From: Erysipelotrichaceae bacterium
GTDB lineage: Bacteria > Bacillota_I > Bacilli_A > Erysipelotrichales > Erysipelotrichaceae
Direction of reading: 5' to 3'
Length of the DNA stretch: 33,830 nucleotides
Assembly (NCBI GenBank): GCA_021442745.1
Contig: JABUSI010000382.1
Location: 1 to 33,830 of the forward strand
Positions 7,916 through 16,499 of this stretch are shown here, one piece after another (within the stretch, counting starts at the first letter, position 1; every line of letters begins with the position of its first letter). Under the pieces are notes generated by a model that searched no databases, had not been told where the DNA came from, and saw nothing but the letters and a program-made list of their open reading frames with translations. The translations under genes and the position numbers were made by a program.

Positions 7916-8911
7916 TTAGGATCTTTTGCGGATTTCGATACCGATTTTACGTTGTACTTTGTCCAGTTTCTTATGGGCAACGTAACGCGCTTTCTTTGCG
8001 CCGTCTTCGAGAACTTTCTCAATGATGCCGCTTTCCATGATTTCTTTGTAACGAGCCTGAATCTTACCGATTTCTTCACAGACGACATCGGCAACTTCTT
8101 TCTTGAATTCCCCGTATCCTTTGCCTTCGTAACGGGCACAGATGGAATCAATCGGTTCACCGGTAATGCAGGACATGATTTCCAGAAGGTTACTGATTCC
8201 GCTTTGGTTTTCCTTGTCGTAACGAACGCAGGCGCACATATCGGTTACGGCAGACATAATCTTTTTCCGGACAACGGCAAGGTCATCCAGAAGATAGATA
8301 CAGCCCTTGTTGGTTTCGTCGGATTTGCTCATCTTTTTGGAAGGATCCTGCAAGGACATGATTCTTGCACCGACTTTGGCAACCAGCGGTTCGGGTACGG
8401 TAAAGGTTTCTCCGTACTTGTTGTTGAAACGGATGGCCAGATCGCGTGTCAGTTCGACGTGCTGTTTCTGGTCTTCTCCGACCGGTACGTAATCTGCGTC
8501 ATAACACAGAATATCCGCTGCCATCAACGGCGGATAGACAAACATACCGGAAGTAATATTCTTTTCTCCTTTGGCACACTTGTCTTTGAACTGGGTCATC
8601 CGGTTCAGTTCACCCATGTAGGTGTTACACATCATGATGAATCCCAGCTGTGCCTGTTCCATAACGTCTGTCTGCAGGAAAATAACGGATTTCTCCGGAT
8701 CCAATCCGCATGCCAGATACAAGGCAATGGCATCCTTCAGATTCTTTTTCAGTTGTGCCGGTTCCTGATATTCGGTCACGCAGTGCAGATTGGCGATAAA
8801 CACGAACATTTCATATTCGTCCTGATATTCCACAAAGTGCCGTAATGCGCCAAGATAGTTCCCTAATGTCAGTTGTCCGGTTGGCTTGATGCCGCTTAAC
8901 ATACGTTTCAT
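7916..8911 (-). CDS. trpS: Tryptophan--tRNA ligase
   Basis: Start MKRMLSGIKPTGQLTLGNYLGA (HIGH-region equivalent) preceded by GAAGGAA, with a KMSKS motif present. The longer track ORF runs into the T-box leader. Confidence 0.93.
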   Translation of the reverse strand: MKRMLSGIKPTGQLTLGNYLGALRHFVEYQDEYEMFVFIANLHCVTEYQEPAQLKKNLKDAIALYLACGLDPEKSVIFLQTDVMEQAQLGFIMMCNTYMGELNRMTQFKDKCAKGEKNITSGMFVYPPLMAADILCYDADYVPVGEDQKQHVELTRDLAIRFNNKYGETFTVPEPLVAKVGARIMSLQDPSKKMSKSDETNKGCIYLLDDLAVVRKKIMSAVTDMCACVRYDKENQSGISNLLEIMSCITGEPIDSICARYEGKGYGEFKKEVADVVCEEIGKIQARYKEIMESGIIEKVLEDGAKKARYVAHKKLDKVQRKIGIEIRKRS

Positions 8912-8924
8912 ATATATTCCTTCT

Positions 8925-9122
8925 TTCCATAAAAAAAGTCCCTTGCCAAGGGACGAAAGGATTTCGTGGTGCCACCCAATTTTGCTTGTAAAAAGCCTCA
9001 TTACACAGATAACGGTGCTGCCCGATTGGCTCCAAAATCCCAATTCGTCTGAGGTTTGCGACCGGGATTTCACCATCCCCGGTTCTCTTGTTTTCGCAAG
9101 GTACTCAACTACTTTATTTCTT
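8925..9122 (-). promoter_or_regulatory. T-box leader (tRNA-Trp sensing) with terminator/antiterminator, controlling trpS
   Basis: The minus strand has AGAGAACCGGGGATGGTGAAATCCCGG (stem I elements) and a candidate UGG specifier followed by A. The T-box sequence AATTGGGTGGCACCACG is followed by the GTCCCTTGGCAAGGGAC hairpin and T7. Confidence 0.85.
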
Positions 9123-9128
9123 CATTGC

Positions 9129-9156
9129 CTTTACTCGTATTTTAATACTTTGGCAA
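9129..9156 (-). promoter_or_regulatory. Promoter of the trpS T-box leader
   Basis: On the minus strand: TTGACA, 16 nt, TAAAAT. Confidence 0.6.
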
Positions 9157-9164
9157 AAGTTGTC

Positions 9165-9173
9165 AACCGTTTT
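9165..9173 (+). promoter_or_regulatory. Extended -10 promoter (TGaTACAAT) for the rpiR-like gene, divergent from the trpS promoter
   Basis: TG-N-TACAAT lies about 35 nt upstream of the ATG at 9207. Confidence 0.4.
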
Positions 9174-9206
9174 ATGATACAATACTTACAGCAGAGGTAT
9201 TTGTAT

Positions 9207-10043
9207 ATGGGAATGTCAATTGATAATCAGATTAAAACCATCTTTCCGTATCTGACAAAAACGGAGAAGCGGATTGCGTATTACCTTTCGGACAATCTGA
9301 AGACCATGGAGCATCTTTCACTGGAAAGTTTATCGAAAAGTGTGGGTGCAGGGGAGGCTTCTATTGTCCGTTTTGTCAGAAAACTGGGATACGACAGCTG
9401 GAATGCTTTTAAAGATGCCGTAATCCGGGAATTGCATGCGACAGAAGAGGAAGAAACGGAACCGGAAGGTGATATCTTTGACCGTCTGGAATATGAAGCG
9501 ATTTCCATGATTAAGGAAACCCATAGCGCAAATTCCGAAAGTCTTCTGCAAAGTGTAGTGGAAGAAATCCGGAAGGCTACCAGGGTGTATTTCTACGGAA
9601 TGGGAACTTCAGGGATTGTTGCCACTATGGCGGCTCACCGGTTTTTCCGGATGGGGCTGGAAGCCCATGCGGTAACGGATGCCCATATGATGGAAATGAC
9701 AGCGGAACTGGCAAAGAAGACGGATTTGTTTGTGGCAGTGAGTTTTTCGGGAGCGGTTGTGGAAGTCATCCGGGGAATTGAGCGGGCGAAAGAAAAGAAC
9801 GCAAAGATTGTGGTCATTACGTCCTTTAAATTATCACCGTTAGCAACCATGGCGGATTATATCATTACCATTCCGCCGAGAAGTCTGGAAATCTTACGGG
9901 GTGCCGGTGCGGAAAACGTTATCCCGCAGATGTTTATTCTGGAAGAGTTGTATCTGTATTACCGGCAGAATAACAAGGAAGCGTACAGTTCGGAAGAACG
10001 GGTGGCATTATCCGTATCCGGACATCAGACACAGACAAGATAG
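9207..10043 (+). CDS. MurR/RpiR-family transcriptional regulator (HTH_6 + SIS domain)
   Basis: The N-terminus LTKTEKRIAYYL...GEASIVRFVRKLGY forms the HTH. The SIS phosphosugar-binding core has YFYGMGTSG and VAVSFSG. The track ORF extension upstream covers the trpS leader and is not coding. Confidence 0.85.
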   Translation: MGMSIDNQIKTIFPYLTKTEKRIAYYLSDNLKTMEHLSLESLSKSVGAGEASIVRFVRKLGYDSWNAFKDAVIRELHATEEEETEPEGDIFDRLEYEAISMIKETHSANSESLLQSVVEEIRKATRVYFYGMGTSGIVATMAAHRFFRMGLEAHAVTDAHMMEMTAELAKKTDLFVAVSFSGAVVEVIRGIERAKEKNAKIVVITSFKLSPLATMADYIITIPPRSLEILRGAGAENVIPQMFILEELYLYYRQNNKEAYSSEERVALSVSGHQTQTR

Positions 10044-10054
10044 GAGATTGCATA

Positions 10055-10891
10055 ATGTTAGTTACAATGAAGAGCATTCTGGATAAGGCAAGCGAAGGAA
10101 TGTATGCGGTAGCGGCACCGAATATCTGGAGTGAAGTGGACTGCCGGGCATGTATCGATGCGGCAACGGAACTGCATGCGCCTTTGATCATTGACGTGGC
10201 ATATCCTGCCAACCCGAACTTTGTATGGTTGGGACAGATTGCGGTGAAAATGGCAAAGGAAGCAAGCATTCCGGTAGCGGTGAACCTGGACCATGGGGCT
10301 GATGTTTCCCAGGTTTTACAAGCCGTACAGGCAGGATTTACTTCGGTTATGATTGACCGTTCGGCATATCCGTACAGCCGGAACGTGACCGATACGAAGG
10401 AAATCGTAAAACTTGCCCATGCGTTGGGTATGACGGTGGAGGCGGAACTGGGCCATGTCGGAATGGCAGACAGGTACGAAGAAGACCGTAATGCCGCTTT
10501 GACTTCACCGGAAACGGCGAAAAAATTTGTGGAAGAAACCGGTGTGGATTGTCTGGCTGTTGCCATCGGTACCGCACATGGTGCCTATGCGAAAGGACAG
10601 GCACCGTATCTGGATTTTGACCGGTTGAGTCAGATTAAGAAGGCTGTCGGTATTCCGCTGGTATTGCATGGCTCCAGCGGTACGGATTCCGAGGATCTTT
10701 GGAAAGTATGCCGAATGGGTATCAACAAGGTGAACATCGCGAATGATTTGTGCAGGGCTGCCTGTGATGCCGCAAAGGCTGCGGATTTTGAAGGCAACAA
10801 GGCATACGGATTTTATGACGTAACGTATAGTGCCGTAAAAGAGAAACTGAAGGAAATGATTGCGGTATACGGTTCCGTGGATAAAGCATAA
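10055..10891 (+). CDS. Class II (metal-dependent) ketose/fructose-bisphosphate aldolase family protein
   Basis: RBS AGGAG. It has VNLDHG, EAELGHVG, AIGTAHG and LVLHGSSG metal/phosphate motifs in a 278-aa protein. Confidence 0.85.
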   Translation: MLVTMKSILDKASEGMYAVAAPNIWSEVDCRACIDAATELHAPLIIDVAYPANPNFVWLGQIAVKMAKEASIPVAVNLDHGADVSQVLQAVQAGFTSVMIDRSAYPYSRNVTDTKEIVKLAHALGMTVEAELGHVGMADRYEEDRNAALTSPETAKKFVEETGVDCLAVAIGTAHGAYAKGQAPYLDFDRLSQIKKAVGIPLVLHGSSGTDSEDLWKVCRMGINKVNIANDLCRAACDAAKAADFEGNKAYGFYDVTYSAVKEKLKEMIAVYGSVDKA

Positions 10892-10899
10892 CGAAATAC

Positions 10900-10923
10900 A
10901 GAGTACAGTTTGTACTCTTTTTT
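10900..10923 (+). terminator. Intrinsic terminator after the aldolase gene
   Basis: AGAGTACA-gtt-TGTACTCT followed by T5. Confidence 0.8.
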
Positions 10924-10940
10924 CTTGTTTGGGGAAAATA

Positions 10941-10949
10941 TGATATACT
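10941..10949 (+). promoter_or_regulatory. Extended -10 promoter (TGaTATACT) for spx
   Basis: TG-N-TATACT lies about 20 nt upstream of the AAGGTGGTGAG RBS. Confidence 0.45.
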
Positions 10950-10968
10950 GTAGTAAGGTGGTGAGAGT

Positions 10969-11409
10969 ATGGTTTTGGTATATACGTCCTTTGGCTGTGC
11001 ATCCTGTCGGAAGGTGAAACAGTGGCTGAAAGATCACAACATTCCGTTTAAGGAAAAGAATATCTTTACGACGATTCTGAACGAAAAGGAATTGCGTATG
11101 CTTCTGGTGCGCAGTGAAAACGGTTTTGACGATCTGATTTCCAAGCGTTCCAAAATCATCAGGGAAAACAACATCAATATCGATGATATGAGCACAAACG
11201 AACTGATTAAGTTTGTGCAACAGAATCCCACCGTTCTGAAACGTCCGATTATTCTGGATGAAAAGCGGTTTCTGGTCGGGTATGACGATGAAGAAATGGG
11301 AATGTTTATTCCGAGTGAATTGCGTGCGTTGTCGGTGAATTCGTGCAATGAAACGTGCCCGAATTATCCGGTCTGCGGACAAATGCGTAAAGAAATCGAA
11401 GAAGCTTAA
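10969..11409 (+). CDS. spx: Spx/ArsC-family redox-sensing transcriptional regulator with extended Cys-rich C-terminus
   Basis: MVLVYTSFGCASCRK carries the CxxC switch at positions 10-13, and RPIILDEKRFLVGY is conserved as in B. subtilis Spx. At 146 aa it is longer than the usual ~131 aa. Confidence 0.85.
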   Translation: MVLVYTSFGCASCRKVKQWLKDHNIPFKEKNIFTTILNEKELRMLLVRSENGFDDLISKRSKIIRENNINIDDMSTNELIKFVQQNPTVLKRPIILDEKRFLVGYDDEEMGMFIPSELRALSVNSCNETCPNYPVCGQMRKEIEEA

Positions 11410-11425
11410 TCAGCTTCTTTTGTGT
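11399..11425 (+). terminator. Probable weak terminator after spx
   Basis: AAGAAGCT-taatc-AGCTTCTT followed by TTGTGT; the T tract is short. Confidence 0.4.
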
Positions 11426-11438
11426 ACGAGGTAGATGT

Positions 11439-12599
11439 ATGAAAGAAAAGGTTTTGGTTGGCTTAAGCGGTGGCGTGGATTCGGCGATTGCGGCGTATCT
11501 TCTGAAAGAACAGGGGTATGACGTGGTTTGTGCGTTCATGCGGAACTGGGACAGTGCCGCAAACGGTGATATTCTGGGAAATCCGACAAACGATGACGAA
11601 ATCTGTCCGCAGGAAAAGGATTATCAGGATGCCGTGGCAGTCGCGAAATGTCTGGATCTTCCTTTGCTGCGGGTGGATTTTATCAAGGAATACTGGGATG
11701 ACGTGTTTACTCAGTTTTTAAGTGAATACCGTAAGGGAAGAACGCCGAATCCGGATATTCTCTGCAACAAGTACATTAAGTTTTCCAGTTTCTATGAATT
11801 TATGAAAAAACAGGGAATCTCTTTGATTGCGACGGGACATTATGCCCGTATTCAAAAAAAGGACGGAAAGCATTATATGCTGAAAGGGCTGGATCTGAAC
11901 AAGGATCAGTCGTATTTCTTGTGTCAGATCAACAAAGACGTCTTGCAGCATACCTTGTTTCCGGTCGGGGAAATTGATAAACCGACGGTACGACGGCTGG
12001 CAGAAGAGTTGAATCTGCCGATTGCGAAGAAGAAAGACAGTACCGGAATCTGTTTCATCGGGGAGCGGAATTTCCGGCAGTTTTTACAGAATTATTTACC
12101 GGCAAAACCGGGTAATATCGTTGATGTGGATACCCGGAAAGTCATGGGGCAGCACGAAGGAGTGCTGTATTATACCATCGGTCAGAGAAAAGGACTGAAT
12201 ATCGGCGGAGAAGGCGGCCCTTGGTTTGTGGTCGGCAAGGACGTGGAACGGAACGAACTGTACGTAGCAGCGAGGGAAGACAATCCCTGGTTGGTATCCG
12301 ACCGGTGTCTGGTCAGTGACGTAAACTGGCTGATTGATGAGATTCCTCAGGGACAGCACGAGTGCTGTGCGAAATTCCGTTACCGGCAGAAAGACAATCC
12401 GGTAGTGATTGAACGGCTGGAAAACGGGGATGTCATGGTAACGTACAGCCAGGGTGTGGCGGCAGTGACTCCGGGCCAGCAGGCGGTATTTTACGATGGT
12501 GACGTTTGTATCGGCGGCGGTACGATTGAAGCGACGTTTTATCATGATGTAAATCAGCATGAACGGATCCGGGAGGCAATGCATGGTAATCGAAAGTAA
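11439..12599 (+). CDS. mnmA: tRNA 2-thiouridine(34) synthase
   Basis: It has the PP-loop VGLSGGVDS. The catalytic Cys context (NPDILCN) and the TGICFIG motif are present. Confidence 0.93.
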   Translation: MKEKVLVGLSGGVDSAIAAYLLKEQGYDVVCAFMRNWDSAANGDILGNPTNDDEICPQEKDYQDAVAVAKCLDLPLLRVDFIKEYWDDVFTQFLSEYRKGRTPNPDILCNKYIKFSSFYEFMKKQGISLIATGHYARIQKKDGKHYMLKGLDLNKDQSYFLCQINKDVLQHTLFPVGEIDKPTVRRLAEELNLPIAKKKDSTGICFIGERNFRQFLQNYLPAKPGNIVDVDTRKVMGQHEGVLYYTIGQRKGLNIGGEGGPWFVVGKDVERNELYVAAREDNPWLVSDRCLVSDVNWLIDEIPQGQHECCAKFRYRQKDNPVVIERLENGDVMVTYSQGVAAVTPGQQAVFYDGDVCIGGGTIEATFYHDVNQHERIREAMHGNRK

Positions 12600-13272
12600 G
12601 TATCCGGTTAAGTGGTACGGTGTGATTGGCGCACTGCTGAACTACTTTGTCGGGTATCTCTGGTTGTATCCGGCTGTGATTCTGCGGATGTTTCATCTTA
12701 AATCGTGGAATGCCGGATTGGAAATCGTTTTGAGTCTGTATATGATTGTCAGCACGGCCTTGTTTCTGAAACCGGTATTAACGGAAGGGTATGAAAACTT
12801 CAGAAAACTCGGTAAGAGGATTGCCGGACTTCTTCTGAAAAACGAAATCATGATATACGGTCTGATGATTGTAACCGGTCTTTTGATTCAGACCGTATTC
12901 GGTTTACAACAAAGTGCCAATCAGGACGGAGTAGAGGTTCTGATGGAGTATTCCCCGTTTATGATGATATTTCTGGCGGCGGTTATGGCACCGGTTGTCG
13001 AGGAACTGCTGTTTCGCGGAATCTTTTTCCGTATGACTCGTCCGCACGGCAGAATCCCGGCAATGCTCATTTCTGCTCTTTTGTTCGGACTGATGCACTG
13101 TATGGAATCATTGCTTGCGGGAAACTGGGCGGATCTGGCATTTGTGCTGGAATACGGAGCGATGGGTCTGGTATTCTGTGACGTATACGAAAAGACGGAC
13201 AGTATCTGGCCTTGTATGTTATTGCATATGCTGCACAATTGTGTCGGCTTGCTGTTTCTGGCGTTTGCCTAG
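12583..13272 (+). CDS. CPBP-family (CAAX/Abi) intramembrane metalloprotease
   Basis: GGGAGG sits 6 nt before the ATG at 12583, which overlaps the end of mnmA. It has EELLFRG, FGLMH and HMLHN motifs and multiple TM helices. Confidence 0.8.
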   Translation: MVIESKYPVKWYGVIGALLNYFVGYLWLYPAVILRMFHLKSWNAGLEIVLSLYMIVSTALFLKPVLTEGYENFRKLGKRIAGLLLKNEIMIYGLMIVTGLLIQTVFGLQQSANQDGVEVLMEYSPFMMIFLAAVMAPVVEELLFRGIFFRMTRPHGRIPAMLISALLFGLMHCMESLLAGNWADLAFVLEYGAMGLVFCDVYEKTDSIWPCMLLHMLHNCVGLLFLAFA

Positions 13273-13286
13273 AAAGGAAATACCGT

Positions 13287-15479
13287 ATGGATGAAGAGGT
13301 ATTGGATACCATAAAAGGAAAATTCTCCGTTGTTCTGTATCGCAATCCGACGAATTCGTATACGGTACAGAGATTTAAATTATACGAAGAAGACGATAAG
13401 ATGATGACCGTTGTCGGATATTTTCCGGAAATGGATCATGATATTTTATATCGTCTTTTTGGCGTTTATGTGTCGCATCCGAAATACGGTATGCAATTCA
13501 AGGTGGAACAATATGAGCGGTGTATGCCGGATGACCGGGATTCGGTCATTGCGTATTTATCCGGTCCGAACTTTGCGGGAATCGGAAGAAAAATGGCAAC
13601 GGCTATCGTGGAACAGCTGGGTGAGCATGCCGTGGAACGGATTAAGGAAAACCCGGAGTGTCTGAATGATGTCGCAAAGATGACGCTCAGGAAAAAAGAG
13701 GCTGTTCTGGAAGGCTTGAAGGATGAGATGGATGAAGCGGAACAGCAACTGCGGTATTTTACGGCCAACGGGCTGAATTTGCGTCAGGCAATGAAAGTAC
13801 AGGCGGTATACGGAACGGAACTGATGGAGAAACTGAAGGAAAACCCGTATCGTCTGGTGGAAGAAGTGGATGGTATCGGGTTTGTGACGGCGGATAAGCT
13901 GGCGAAAAAGATGGGATATGAGGATGACGATCCGTTACGGATTTCGGCAGCCTGTATTTCGTTTGTGATGGAAGAATGCATGAGAACCGGAAACAGTTAC
14001 GTACCGATGGATGAGTTTCAGCAGATTCTGGAAAGGAAGCTGGCAGGTATTCCGTATGATTTTGACAGCATACTGGATACGCTAAGGCGAAACCGGAAGA
14101 TTGTCATTGAGGAAGACCGGGTCTATCACGTATCGCAATACGATGCGGAAGTCAGCATTTCCCGTTTCTTCTCATTGTATCTGAACAATCCGATGGAGCC
14201 GATTGACGGCGAAACAATCCGTGACAACATTGACGTCATCGAACAGGAACTGGGGATTACCTATCAGTTTCATCAGCGGATGGCAATGGAGATGTTTTTT
14301 GAGAAACCGGTGATGATTTTAACGGGCGGTCCGGGTACCGGGAAAACGACGATTGTGAGGGCTATGGTGAATCTGTGCCGGAGGATGTATCCGACGGCAT
14401 CCGTTTCCTTGTGTGCGCCGACGGGAAGAGCGGCAAAACGGTTAAGTACGTTAACCAATCATCCGGCGACAACGATTCACAGTTTGTTGAAATGGGATCT
14501 GGAAACGAATACGTTCGGGAAAAATCAGGACGATCCGCTGCTTCTGGACGTTCTGATTGTGGATGAATTTTCCATGGTGGATGCCTATCTGTTTTATCAT
14601 CTTTTGCTGGCGGGGACAAAAGTACGTAAACTGGTGCTGATCGGGGATGAAGACCAGCTTCCTTCCGTATCACCGGGATGCGTCTTAACGGATATGCTGA
14701 AAAGCGAATTGTTTCCGACGGTTCGCCTGACGGAGATTTTCCGGCAGAAACAAGGATCCGATATCATTACCTTAGCGCATGAAATCCGCAATGACCGGGT
14801 TACGGAAGTGCCGCAGGGAAACAACGTACGGTTTTTCCCGTGTAATAAATTTGAAGTTCGCCATTACGTGATGGAACTGGTAAGACAGGCACTGGAGCGA
14901 GGATATCAGCTGGAAGACGTACAGGTTCTGGCACCGAAGTACGTCGGTGTAGCCGGAATAGATACACTTAACAGTATGCTGCAGTCGGAACTGAATCCGC
15001 CCGAGTTTTCCAAGCGGGAATGGAAAGTCGGCTACCGGACGTTTCGGGAAGGCGATAAGATTCTGCAGTTGAAAAACGATCCGGAACAGTATGTGTTCAA
15101 CGGGGATATCGGCGTGCTGGTGGAAATTCAGTTCAAAAACGAAAACGATACCGGAGATACCCGATTTTTCGTGGATTTTGAAGGGGTATTGGTTGAATAC
15201 GGACCGGATACCTTCTCACATATCACACATGCCTATTGCATTTCCGTACATAAATCACAGGGCAGCGAATATCCGATTGTCATTATGCCGGTTGTTAAGG
15301 AATACGGTATTATGCTGCAGAAACGACTGTTGTATACGGGTATTACCAGAGCGGGTAAATCGCTGGTTCTTCTGGGAGAAGAAGAGGCGTTTGTGCATGG
15401 TGTGCAGACGCAGGACCGTATTACGCGCAAAACGACTTTATGCGAACGTCTTGTACGGGAGCTGGGGGATCCGATATGA
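13287..15479 (+). CDS. recD2: RecD2-type SF1B ATP-dependent DNA helicase
   Basis: Walker A GGPGTGKTT, DEFSMVD, helicase motifs VLIGDEDQLPSV and ISVHKSQGSEYP, plus N-terminal OB/HhH modules. It sits in the conserved position between mnmA and alaS. Confidence 0.9.
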   Translation: MDEEVLDTIKGKFSVVLYRNPTNSYTVQRFKLYEEDDKMMTVVGYFPEMDHDILYRLFGVYVSHPKYGMQFKVEQYERCMPDDRDSVIAYLSGPNFAGIGRKMATAIVEQLGEHAVERIKENPECLNDVAKMTLRKKEAVLEGLKDEMDEAEQQLRYFTANGLNLRQAMKVQAVYGTELMEKLKENPYRLVEEVDGIGFVTADKLAKKMGYEDDDPLRISAACISFVMEECMRTGNSYVPMDEFQQILERKLAGIPYDFDSILDTLRRNRKIVIEEDRVYHVSQYDAEVSISRFFSLYLNNPMEPIDGETIRDNIDVIEQELGITYQFHQRMAMEMFFEKPVMILTGGPGTGKTTIVRAMVNLCRRMYPTASVSLCAPTGRAAKRLSTLTNHPATTIHSLLKWDLETNTFGKNQDDPLLLDVLIVDEFSMVDAYLFYHLLLAGTKVRKLVLIGDEDQLPSVSPGCVLTDMLKSELFPTVRLTEIFRQKQGSDIITLAHEIRNDRVTEVPQGNNVRFFPCNKFEVRHYVMELVRQALERGYQLEDVQVLAPKYVGVAGIDTLNSMLQSELNPPEFSKREWKVGYRTFREGDKILQLKNDPEQYVFNGDIGVLVEIQFKNENDTGDTRFFVDFEGVLVEYGPDTFSHITHAYCISVHKSQGSEYPIVIMPVVKEYGIMLQKRLLYTGITRAGKSLVLLGEEEAFVHGVQTQDRITRKTTLCERLVRELGDPI

Positions 15480-16219
15480 GAAAACTGTTAAGAAATCACA
15501 GACGGGTTTCACAGCTGAAACTGGACAACTGGACGATTTACGTAGCCCGGATTAAAGATGCCGCCTTGCCGAAAGGATATGCGCATAAGGAAGCGGAAGA
15601 GCAAACGGCGACAATCTATCTGAATGCGTATCGCCGCAGTGAACAGGAAGTGAGTGAGGAACTGGACAGTCAGATCCGGTTATTGAAACTGCAGACGTTA
15701 CGGATTTCGTCAGACCGGTGTTATTTACGCCGGGTACAATACGGGGATTATGAAGAACTGGCGGAATTGTGGCAGGATGAAGAGATTTCCCGCAGTTCGG
15801 GAATTGCCGAATGTAAAGAAAAAAAAGATACGGTTATCCGGATGGAATTTGCGGTACAGGATGTATACCAGTACGTTATTGTCTGCAAGGATACCGGAGA
15901 AGTCATGGGAATCTTCGGGATTCATCAGTTTTTTGAACGGATGCCGTTGTGTGTGGAATTTTCGTATGCGATGCGCCGGAAATTCCAGAATCAGGGTTAT
16001 ATGAAGGAAATCGTAATGGCGGCCAAAAATGCCTGTCTGCATGACGCCAAAGCGGATCAGATTATCATCCGGCACTTTATCGATAATCCGCGCAGCCGGG
16101 CAATCTGCGAGTATTGCGGATTTACATACGAAGGATATCTGCACCGTGCGTACATGCATGAAAAAGAAGGAGTCAAAGATTTGTGCTGCTGGAGTGCGAT
16201 TTTGGAGGAAATCGAGTAG
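15476..16219 (+). CDS. GNAT-family (RimJ/RimL-like) N-acetyltransferase with ~85-aa N-terminal extension
   Basis: The ATG overlaps the recD2 stop (ATGA). The C-terminal ~160 aa look like a GNAT fold (RRKFQNQGYMKE motif A-like). The N-terminal part has no recognisable domain. Confidence 0.6.
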   Translation: MRKLLRNHRRVSQLKLDNWTIYVARIKDAALPKGYAHKEAEEQTATIYLNAYRRSEQEVSEELDSQIRLLKLQTLRISSDRCYLRRVQYGDYEELAELWQDEEISRSSGIAECKEKKDTVIRMEFAVQDVYQYVIVCKDTGEVMGIFGIHQFFERMPLCVEFSYAMRRKFQNQGYMKEIVMAAKNACLHDAKADQIIIRHFIDNPRSRAICEYCGFTYEGYLHRAYMHEKEGVKDLCCWSAILEEIE

Positions 16220-16236
16220 AAACCTGAAAAAATGTA

Positions 16237-16245
16237 TGATATAAT
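16237..16245 (+). promoter_or_regulatory. Extended -10 promoter (TGaTATAAT) for the alaS leader
   Basis: A perfect TG-N-TATAAT immediately after the GNAT stop. Confidence 0.6.
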
Positions 16246-16251
16246 GCATTA

Positions 16252-16484
16252 CGTTACATCGTTAACGACAGACAAGTATGACACATAAGGGAAACCAGAG
16301 ATTCTGCGGAAGGTGAAAGCAGGACAAACTATGTGAAAGAAGCTGCTGTCCGAGAGGGGTTAATCACCCACGGTTGATTGCCGTTATCGAATCCAATCAA
16401 GGTGCACGAAAATTCGTGAATCAGGATGGTACCGCGTAAAGTTTACTTTTCGTTCCTGTAGATATACGGGGACGTTTTTATTTT
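16252..16484 (+). promoter_or_regulatory. T-box leader (tRNA-Ala sensing) controlling alaS
   Basis: It has AGAGA and GGTGAAAG stem I elements and a candidate GCU specifier (GAAGCUG). The T-box AATCAGGATGGTACCGCG (16419-16436) is followed by a 10-bp terminator stem CGTTCCTGTA/TACGGGGACG (16451-16474) and TTTTTATTTT. Confidence 0.85.
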
Positions 16485-16499
16485 GAAGGAGTGAAAAAA

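Noticed and set aside
7952-8845. 297-aa ORF on the plus strand antisense to trpS
   Set aside because: It lies entirely within and opposite a confidently identified trpS gene. The translation is low-complexity (F/V/G-rich) with no RBS or recognisable motifs. It is a typical stop-poor antisense frame.
8886-9206. N-terminal 107-codon extension of the rpiR-like ORF, and the 8912-9076 extension of the trpS ORF
   Set aside because: Both extensions run through the trpS T-box leader and the divergent promoter region. Proper RBS-preceded starts exist at 9207 (+) and 8911 (-), and the homologous protein families begin there.
13212-13286. Upstream extension of the recD2 ORF overlapping the CPBP gene end
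   Set aside because: It has no RBS. The ATG at 13287 is preceded by AAAGGAAA, and the MDEEVLDTIKGKF start matches RecD2 N-termini.
13287-15479. RecD-like SF1 helicase as a possible phage-defence component
   Set aside because: Its domain order and its position between mnmA and alaS match the housekeeping RecD2 (yrrC) locus of Bacillota. There is no nuclease, methylase or other defence partner nearby.
16385-16400. TCGAATCC, resembling a tRNA T-arm
   Set aside because: It lies inside the alaS T-box leader. No acceptor or anticodon arms can be drawn around it. I found no tRNA genes in the window.
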